The position numbers and the translations under genes are program-made. 64,000 nucleotides of DNA. It comes from the human T2T-CHM13v2.0 reference genome, Homo sapiens. Position 1 is the first letter of the stretch. Every line of letters begins with the position of its first letter. The stretch lies in the NCBI RefSeq assembly GCF_009914755.1, contig NC_060934.1; one strand, written 5' to 3'. Positions 15,596 to 25,807 of the stretch are shown here, piece after piece. The notes beneath the pieces were generated by a model. The model made no database searches. It was not told where the DNA came from and was given only the letters and a program-made list of their open reading frames with translations.

Positions 15596-17874
15596 CTAAC
15601 GTGGGCATGGATTCTACTCTACAACCTTCCTTGTTTTAGCAAACCACAATGGTTTATACAAAGATTAATAAGGGGAAAAGCATTTGAAGTAAAAATATTT
15701 CGCTAGGCTATTCTTTTTTGGAGGGAGGAAATGTATTATTTCTTTTAAAAAAGATAAATATTTAAAGTAAAAAAGAAAAAAGAAGGAACAGAGGAAAAAA
15801 AAGTCAACTAAGTTAATCACTGTTTAACAGTGAATATCCCTAAAAACATCTCTTTGCATATATATTCAGTTTTGCAATCTGCTTTCTCTCTCAACAATAT
15901 TTCGTGGCTTTCTTTCTATAACAATAAATACAGATGTACATCCTTATTTTTATGACTTCATAGAATTCCATTGTAGTCCACTGTATGTAATTAGTTATCA
16001 TTCATGGGCATTTAGGTTGCATTGTTTTTCACTATTATAAATTAAATGGCAATTTTTAGCATATTTTGCCCAACTAATCTAACATCTATGAATATTAATA
16101 TTCTTTCCAAATTTTAAAAAAATCAGTAATATTTTGTGAATGGAGAAAACTGTTAGCAGGAGTAGATGTATTTTTACTTCCTGAGAAGTGCTTTCCTTCT
16201 GCTACTGTATTTGCAATATTACAATGTTCACTTTTAGGGTATGGAAGATAGTAACCTAAATCCTGTTCCTCTCTTCTGTTGAGCACTGTATACACAGAAG
16301 CTTCCCAAGGAAAAGCTATGAACTCTACACTTTGGAGGAGGTTGAGGCAGTGGGGGTGAGAGGTACGAGTCTTTCCTAAGCTGACTTTACTGTTTTTTGC
16401 CTGATCTCCTGCATACCTGATGTCCCCATGTTTTCCTCTAAGTGCTCCAGGCCCTCCATGGTGGCTCCTGGCTGGACCCCCAGCAAGAGCTGATCCTGTT
16501 CTCTCACTGGTCCTTTCTCTCTAGCTTTTCAGAGGTTACCAAGTGAAGGAACGAGGCTTACAGAGATTGCCCTGTGTTTTTCCGTTCCTTTAGTGCCTTG
16601 AGAGGTAAGCCAGCTGGCTAAGATAAACTAGCTGGTACTGTGCTAGCAGAGAACGATAACACTTTGATGTGTGAATATTCCAAATACCACTTCTCAAAGA
16701 CAAAATGAGATTTTAAGGCATCAGTCCCAAAGGGATAATAAACTGGCAATTTTGGGCCCCCTAACGGGCATTGAAGGTGTTATCACCAGGCAAAGAGGGC
16801 CTCTGCATCCTCAGGGCACACCAGTGAGGGGGGCACTCGCTTTGACCTGCCTCTTTCCAGCCCAGTACCATAGCAAGCAAAGCTATACAGATGTTACGGA
16901 ACTGATCTCATTTTCAAACAGAAGACCCCAAATCCTGGGGCTGATACCAAAAGACGTGAAAATGGAGCTGGGATATAGGCAGAAGAGTGGGATTTACACT
17001 TCTTTTTATCATTCATTGTTTTTCCTGGCATTTATCATACAGTGACCAATCAACATTCATTAAAACGTAGCATCATATACTTTGCCAAGGTAAAGTCTCC
17101 AGGAAATGCAGGATAGTAACTAAGCAACAAGAAGACTCTGTGGTTTGTGATACTCATTTCTCAGGCTCCTGAGTGTATATAATGAGGTTATATTACATCA
17201 TGGAGAAACACTGCAGGCAGAACCAACTACAACTTCGTGTGATGGATAAAATAAAAAACAGGAGTGTTAAAAGGACACAGTGAGCAATGTGGAACTTGGA
17301 AAAGAAAAACATGTTGAAGAGCTGTCAGGCCAGGTTTAGTTGAATCCAGCTCTCCAACTGTATGCAGCTTCCCTAGGTTAGGTATGCAAAGCTTTATTTT
17401 GGTCTACCACAGGGAAACTGAGATTGAGACAATTACTGTTTCTGCAGATTTACCTAGAAAGGGCCTGTTAGGTGTTACTGTTCTCAGTACTGTGCTACAA
17501 AGAGTAAAACAAGTTCTGTTTTCCACTTCAGAGCTTACTTGGAGAAATGCAAGTAAAACATAATACATCTTGATAAATGTGTATAAATCATAATACATCT
17601 TGATAAGTATGTATAAAATGCTGCTAGAGCAATGGAAATTTCTCCAATTACAGATCACAGAATGACCAAAAGTTCTCTAGGTTTGGAACATCGATAAGGA
17701 AACAATTATTTGTGTAAAATGATGTAAACTTTCTAAGATGTCATATGGCAATATTAAGAGATTTAAAAATGTTCCTTTTTGGTCAAAATGACCTAGGAAT
17801 TCCAATTCTAATGATTCCTTTTATAGAAATGAGCAGATGCTGACAAAGATTAGCATATAAAAATGTTCATCCCC

Positions 17875-18014
17875 GGCCGGGTGCAGTGGCTCATGCCTGT
17901 AATCCCAGCACTTTGGGAGGCCCAGATGGGTGGATCACAAGGTCAGGAGATCGAGATCATCCTGGCTAACATGGTGAAACCCCATCTCTACTAAAAATAA
18001 AAAATAAAAAAAAA
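17875..18014 (+). mobile_element. AluY-like left arm only
   Basis: Left monomer, A-rich tail, TSD core TTCATCCC. Confidence 0.8.
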
Positions 18015-19356
18015 TTTTTTCATCCCGTAACTGTTTTTTATCATCCTGAAAAAGAAACAAATGAAATGTCCATTCTTTGGGGAGAGGTTAAATAAGTTAG
18101 AGTACACCTAATACAATATATTTTGCAGTCATTATAGTTTTAAAAAAATGCTAACTGGCATGGAAAATATTTATTTATTCAGAGAGAATCTATGCGAGTT
18201 TATGATCTCCAGTATGAAGGACAAAGGAAAAGCATTGTTTGTGCCAGGCCTTGAAGCTTAAGTCAGATTAAAGACATGCAGAGGTGGGGAGGAATGGTGC
18301 TCAGAGGGACGAGGTCACAGGAGTAAAGTGAGAGGCCAGAGTGGCAGACACAGAGGGAGTTGTGAGCAGGTTTGAGCAGCTGGGGAGAAAGCCTGGCGAG
18401 CAGGCCAACCTGACTGTCAGGTGGGCTGGGTTTTTAGTTAAAAACAATGAGAAGCTACTGACAGATTTTAAGCAGGGGAGGGACAGGACCGCCTGCTTCA
18501 GTAGGGTCTATTGAGCTGCTCCTGGGGGGCCCAGGGCTATTTTAATGTCGAATTATAGCTGCAGTGCGTTTTGAGTTCCTTGGAGGTTACTAACGTGAGA
18601 CAGAGACAAGTACGTTAATACAACTCATCAACTATCCCTGTTTTGCTTTCAAAATGCTGTTGGGTTTTGTCCTGTTAGGGACAGGGTCTGAAGTGAAGCC
18701 AGTTAACTAAGATTAAGGTATGTGAAAGTGCCTGGCTCGAGGGAGACACTCAATAAATCCCCTCCCAATGCCAGTCACCTTGGATAGAAAGATTTCTTGC
18801 CAGGGTATATTCAAGGAGCTTCCTATTCAGAGGAACCATTAGCTACAGTTCTGGGAATACTGAAGAAGTGCTGTATTAAAGTAATGCATCTGACAATCCT
18901 AATTTTCATGGGCCTAATCTGCCTCTTGGGTGAATCATTTCTTTTTCCTACCTATACCGTATCTTGGCTCCAGAGGCTGCCTACTGTATCATTCCATTCC
19001 ATCCTGGATTCTCCTATAGGGAGCCAAGTACACATGATAGCCCCACAGGTCTTGGTCACAATACCTATCATCTGGGGGCCAATCAAGGAAAACTGTCAAC
19101 ATGAATATATGAAGCTCTTATCAATGAATAATACCAATTCCTGGCTAGATCGGGATTACATTTGCCTGCATACAACTTGGGAATTCAAAATAACAATGAT
19201 TTATACACACAGTTTATTTCTCTCATGTAAAAGAAGCTTACACAGGGACATTATCTTAGTTCATGGCTTCTATCTTCAAGGTCACTTGGCATTCAAAACT
19301 GGATGCTAGAATTCCAGCTATCCTGACCATACTCCAAGAAGCAGAGAAGAGGCAGC

Positions 19357-19662
19357 TTTTATTTTTTTTTTTTTTTTGAGATGGAGGCTCGCTCCTGTCG
19401 TGCAGGCTGGAGTGCAGTGGCAACATCTCAGCTCACTGCAAACCTCCACCTCCTGGGTTCAAGCAGTTCTCCCTCCTCAGCCTCCTGAGTAGCTGGGATT
19501 ACAGGCATGCGGCACGGCCATGCCCGGCTAATTTTTGTATGTTTAGTAGAGACGGGGTTTTGCCATGTTGGCCAGGCTGGTCTTGAACTCTCGACCTCAG
19601 GTGATCCACTGCCTTGGCCTCCCAAAGTGCTAGGATTACAGGCGTGAGCCACTGCGCCTGGC
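19357..19662 (-). mobile_element. AluS (probably inside an old MLT1 relic ~19130-19790)
   Basis: Reverse-complement dimer; flanks resemble a MaLR LTR. Confidence 0.82.
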
Positions 19663-21192
19663 TAGAGGTAGCCTCTTTAGAGAGCTTTTCTGGAAGCGTC
19701 CACTCACATCTTATTGGCCAGACTTAGTCCTGTGGCCAGCTGTCATCTTTGAGCTGGGCATACTGCTGTTCCTCACAAAACAGGCCTTGAAACTATGGGA
19801 GATGGGAGAACAGCCATTGGGGAGCACAGTAGCCACCTCTCTCACTTCCAACTTATGCCTGACCCTGCTAGATGCTACACTTTGCCTGCTCACAGGTACA
19901 TCCTAGTTCTCAAGGATCCCACATATATATACCATTTCTCTTCTTGAAAAGTATGGAAGGATAAAGAAGGTAGAGTTCGACAAGACAGAGCCTGGGCTTC
20001 CTAAGGCCATTTAGTCTGGGGACAAATGGTGAACTTGCAGTGGTGAGGTAGATAAATCAGTTTCCAAGTGGGCTTTCTCCCAGATGCCAGAGACCCTGGC
20101 TGTCCCTGTTTCATCATGCATTCCATCAACAAATGATTTACTTAGGAAAAAATATGGGGCACAAGTGCTACCCTCCCTCACTCGTTCCCTCATGGTGGCT
20201 CCCTTCTCGGCTAAGCTGGAACATGACCTCAGAATCCTCAACACAACGTCCCTGGCAGTTACTCTGGTCCAAAAGACTTGACACTACTACTTAAAACTAT
20301 TAGCCATCCTTATTTCTTGTGGGAATTTTTATTTGGACGCACAATTTCTGGGTAGTTTCTAATTTCATATAAATATATTTCTCATGGTGGAATTTTAGGT
20401 ATATGCCCAGGCGATAAATGTAGGTATTTATAGGCGGCAGGCTTTGCATTTCTCAGATTTCACCACTCAGTGGCTGTAATCACTCTCATTGCTGGAAACT
20501 TGTGATTGTTTAACTTACTGGACTGTGAGTTTCTCCAGAATGGAAACTATAATCCACTTTCGTATCCTCAAGGTGCCTGGCTCAGTATACTCTCAAAAAT
20601 GTTATCCAGAAATGAGTCACCTGACTTGATCAAGGTCAAGTGGCTATCAAAGTAAATACTTCCCCTGTAGCTGGTTACACTGTGGACTGCCTACTACCAA
20701 GGACAAAAGGCAGGCCTCATTTGGAGAGGAGGTCGGTGACAGGAGGAGCATCAGTAGCACAACACACAGAATGTCTTGGTTATTTCACAACTGCCTTATA
20801 AATGCTCGAGTAACCGTCATGAGAAACTGACTACCAGGTGAAAGGGCAGCCATACTCTGAGGAGACACTACAGATTTTCCTTTCCACAAAAGGTTCAGGT
20901 CCTGGGCTAACTTGGCTCAGTGTTTTCTGTGTTCCAGAAGGTGACTCAGGGAGTTGTGCAAATGACTGACTCATATTTCATGGATACGAGTATGGCTGAT
21001 GTAAGACTGCAGTTATCTCCTCCTGATTCAATTAAGGTAGACTATTCTTGATTGTTTTTATCAGTAGATCTATAAATTATACAAGTTGATACTAATATTG
21101 CTTATGTTTTAAATAGTGTGGTTCCACAGAAAATTTTGTTTTTTCTGTGAGAAACAAAGCTACTATTGCTAAAAAAGTGTCAAGAGCACTGA

Positions 21193-21502
<310 letters not shown>

Positions 21503-22159
21503 CACCTGAGTTTTATATTTACCTGGTTACAGTGACCAAATTCTTCAACAGTGATCATGGAGAAAGATGAGACAAAATAATTCCCAAATGATTCTTTCTG
21601 CTCAAAGACCAGGGTGGGTATGAGTAGATCCAGGTCAATTTTTTTTTTCTTTTAAGAGACAGGGTCTCACTCTGTCACCTAGGCTGGGGTACAGTGGTAC
21701 AATCATAGCTCACTGCAGCCTCCTACTCCCAGACTCAAGCCATCTTCCTAATCCTCCTCAAGCTTGAGGACAGGCCTTGTTACAATGCTCAGTGTGTACC
21801 TCTCCCCTTCTCCACTCCCCTTGTCCACATTCTGGGCTAGATCCACACTCTATTGAGGAACTGTCTCTGTATTTTGATTCCCGAGTGACACAGTGTTGGA
21901 GATCCTGTGGCTAGATACACAGGTTATTTCTGCATATGGCTACTCCTCAACCTTGTTGCCTGTCTTACTCTGGTCTGAGAGCTGAACCCCACAGAAATAA
22001 CAAGGCTCCCCTCATCCCTTTCTCTGAAAGATTAGTACTAGTCCTAAGTGGTTAGCTCCCAGCTTCCTTTAGGACAGAAAAAAGAGAAGGAGAGAAGTGA
22101 CACTTGTTTTTTTACTCACAAAGTCTTGGAGATAGGAGGTAGGAGGTTGGGGTGGATGT

Positions 22160-22350
22160 AGCTTGGACTTTGGAATTAGAACCAGGTTCAAATCCCCAAT
22201 TAGGACATTTCTCAGTATTTTGATCTTACATAGGTTTACTTATCAAAGTGTCTATTTATAAAATGGGGTATAACTTAATCAGATTTAGATGTAAGAAATA
22301 GTATAGTGCATGGCAGCTAGCAGGCTTTCAACGAACGACATCTCTCATTA
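22160..22350 (+). mobile_element. MIR
   Basis: GGACTTTGGAATTAGAACCAGGTTCAAATCCC..TATAAAATGGGGTA. Confidence 0.65.
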
Positions 22351-24173
22351 CTATCATTTTGACATCACATTTATCTGCTCAGAGTTGGTTACTGTTCTGC
22401 AATTTTTCCCAAAGTGTCACTGTGTGTCAGGCAGGGAGTATCTGCCTGGAGGAGTTTGAAGTATGCATGTAGGGTGGATGAGTTGTGGGGGTCGGCACCC
22501 AGGTAAATCACTAGCGAGGCTTTAGTACCCGTCTTTTCTCTCCAGGATTCTTGACCAAAAGTTACACTCTAAATTAAAGTCCAAACAGGTACATACCTAA
22601 GGGGAATATGGTGGAAATGTCAAAGAGGAGATAGGGAAAGAGGGGGAGGGGGGCGGGGCACAAAAATCCTGGCAGACCAGAGGCTGTACCACCCTTTGTT
22701 AAGGGTATGTGGCTACACTGATCTCTCATCCTCCAGATGCTCTTCCCAGTTAACACTGCCCAGTGACCTTCTTGGACAGGAAGCATGCAGCCAGCCATGC
22801 TGTCACCTTAGTGCCACTGTCTCTTTCTCCTCTTAAGCCCTTCAAACCATAATTTGAATGTAAATGTTATACATTTTATAATGAAATAAAAATAGCTTAA
22901 TGCATCTGAGTAGATATGCCACACACCTATGGTCCAATGACTGGATGCTGACTTTCATATGTGGCCCAAATTACAAAGCAGCAATCAGAACAGACAACAA
23001 CAGACAACAAGGGAACTTCTCTCCCACGGGTTCAGCAATCTGACCCAAACTCCATAGCCCCAGACAATCTGAATACACACATGCAAGTGTAAATATGCCC
23101 CAGTTTTCCCAGGAAGCAGGAAAATCTACACAGCCTCAATGAAGAGCACTATTTTGGACTGTTGTTGTCTACCCACCCTCTCCAGGGCTTTAATTCTTTA
23201 GAACTTCCCTTTTACACTTCTTTTCTCATCTGGTCAGCATTACCACTTTGCAGCCACTTATTTTCCATGGACATCTGCCACTTATCCTAACAAATAGCAT
23301 TAATACAGTTGAGAGCATGGAGCGTTTAAAATATGGACTAATAAATGTATAAACAGTACTTTGAGAGGGAGGGAAAGCACAGGTTAAAAAATGGCTAGAT
23401 GTAGAGAATTAAATGAAATGTTTATAAAGCCGTTCACACGATGTCCACACATTGCTGATGCTAGATAAATATCAAGTCCCTTATTCCTTCTCTTACCTTT
23501 TAGTAACTGGATTTGTCACGAACAGGTACTGAGGTCTGCATAAATCAAGGCATGATTTCATCTCTGGGCCTCAGTTTCCTCATATATAAAATTAAGACAG
23601 TTGTACTATTGTACTAGTTTTTTTTTCAAGAACTAGTTCAAAAACATTCCCAGCTCCCACCCCCACCCCCCCACCCCACAAGACTCTCCTCAAGACTCCT
23701 TCAGTAAATATTTGGAAAAAGGGTGGGAAGTTTGTTTCTGCCACCTTATATTCTTCCCAATAAAGGCAAGAAAAGTCAGGGATGGCTGGCATTGTGGGCG
23801 TCGGGAGGGAATGCGAACCAACATTTACTCTACTTCTCTCCCAGCCAGGCATGTTCACATACCTTGATCTTAGTCAACTGGCCTAAGTTAACTTGTTCCC
23901 AACATGACAAAACCCGATGGCATTCTAAAAGCAAAGCAAAGCAAAGCAAGGGCAGTCGATGAGTTGTGTTAACTTAGTTTTCTATCTCATGTTAACCTCC
24001 AAGGAACTCAAAACAACTCCACAGCGAATTCAATATTAAAATAGCTCTGGGACCCCAAGATTTATTTCACAGCTTAAAGCAAGGTCACTATCAAGTCCTC
24101 GGCAAAGCTCAAAATACAATAGAAAACTCCCAAATCAAGCCCCAGCTTATTTAAATGCTTAGAAAAAAAAAAT

Positions 24174-24700
24174 AGCCAGGTGCCGTGGCTCATGCCCGTA
24201 ATCCCATGGGAGGAGTCCAGACGGGAGGATTCCTTGAAGACAGGAGTTCGATACCAGCCCGGGTTACGAAGCGAGATCCCATCTCTACAAAAAGTTAACA
24301 CACACACACACACACATTCACCACCTTAGCCTGGCTTAGTGGCGGGCGCCCGTGTTACAAAGGGAGATCCCATCTCTACAAAAAGTTAACACACATACAC
24401 ACCCTACCTTAGCCTGGCGTAGTGGCGGGAGCCTGTAGTCCTCGCTACTTTGGAGACACACACACACACACACACCCGTAGTCCTCGCTACTTTGGAGAC
24501 ACACACACACACACACACACACACACCTTAGCCAGGCGTGGTGGCGCGCGCCTGTAGTACCGGCTACTTTGGAGGCTGAGGCGGGAGAATCGCTTCAGCC
24601 TAGGAGTTCGAGGCTGCAGTGAGCCGAGATTGCGCCACTGCCCTCCAGCCTGGGCGACAGAGCGAAATCATACCTCTAAAAAAATAAATTAGAAAAATAA
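24174..24700 (+). mobile_element. Rearranged AluJ with internal duplications and four CA tracts at the CpG-island edge
   Basis: Alu left arm, duplicated linker segments, (CA)n, CpG-rich right arm. Confidence 0.8.
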
Positions 24701-25444
24701 AAAGACAAAAAGAGCCAGCCCGGTTTCGGAGAGGCAGGTGCAGCCTCAGCGCCCTGGGCCTGCGTCCCCGACCGGGCCCTGGCTGCGCTCCCGCCCGCTG
24801 CGGGCCCCGGGGACGCACCTCGCATCCCGCGCTGGGCCCCGTTCCGTCCAGCCCGGGGGAGTGGAGGAGGCAGAGGCCGGGTGGGGAAGGGCCTCCAGAA
24901 ACCGAGCTCCCGACGACGTCTCCCGCGACCCCAGTGCCCGAGAGAGGAGCGGCCCCCGGGAGCGATCCCACAACCGCGCGGGGCTGCGCCGCCCCGAACC
25001 TCCCCGCGGCCGCCGATCTGCTTCCAGGGCAGAGGGAAGGGGCGGTGACGGGGCGGGGCGGGGGCTGCGGCGAGGGCGGGCGCCGCTGGCGAGGGAGGGC
25101 CGCCAGCATCCTCCCTGGCCGCGCCGCACCGCGCCGCGAGGAGTCCGGGGGCTGCGCCCACGCCCGCTGCCCGCCCGCTCGTCGGCTAGTCCCGCCGTCC
25201 GGCGCGGACACGCGTGCCCCCGGCTTGAACCGGAACCTCTTGCCGAGGCGGCCGCCGTCGCCGCAGCCGCCGGGGAAGCGGACACCAACTGGGGAAGCGC
25301 GGGGGGGAGGCGGCCTGCGCGGCGCCGCCCGCCATGGCCGCGGCGGGGTGAGGTAGGCGCGGCGGCCGCAGTCGCGCGGACCCGAGCGCTCCTCCGCCGC
25401 GGATAGGCCGGCCGAGGGGGAGCCGGGGCCGTCGCCCGCTCGTC

Positions 25445-25497
25445 GCCGCCGCCGCCGCCGCCGCCCATGGCGAGGCCCCGCCGCCGCCGCCGCTGCT
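25445..25497 (+). repeat. (GCC)7 and (GCC)4(GCT)2 trinucleotide tracts upstream of the CCNY ATG
   Basis: Seen directly at 25445-25465 and 25480-25497. Confidence 0.9.
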
Positions 25498-25653
25498 GAC
25501 CCGGCGGCCGGCCGCGGCTTCCGCCCCCTCCCGTGGCGGCGAGCGGGCGGGCCTCCCCACACGCCCCCGCCGCCCGCGCCCCGCGTCCACCCGCGCCCCG
25601 CTCCCGGGGACTGGGAGAACAGGATAGCAGCAGGAGTCGGGGGGCCGCCGAAG

Positions 25654-25807
25654 ATGGGGAACACTACCTCGTGCTGCGTGTCGTCCAGTCCCAAGCTCCG
25701 GAGGAATGCCCACTCCCGGCTGGAGTCCTACCGGCCAGACACGGACCTGAGCCGCGAGGACACGGGCTGCAACCTGCAGCACATCAGCGACCGGGAGAAC
25801 ATAGACG
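25654..25807 (+). CDS. CCNY: Cyclin Y, first coding exon (51 codons + 1 nt; N-myristoylation motif MGxxxS, Cys7/Cys8)
   Basis: Translation [51 protein letters not shown] matches the cyclin Y N-terminus as I recall it (CCNYL1 begins MGNTLTCCVSP). Strong Kozak GCCGAAGATGG; donor ACG|GTGAGT at 25808; lies in a CpG island. Confidence 0.97.

Noticed and set aside
18797-19309. 170-aa ORF
   Set aside because: Non-ATG start, no recognisable homology, and the 3' part overlaps a probable MaLR relic.
24600-25782. Long overlapping ORFs on both strands (up to 364 aa)
   Set aside because: Low-complexity Gly/Ala/Arg/Pro translations expected in a GC-rich CpG island; one runs into an Alu; no recognisable domain.
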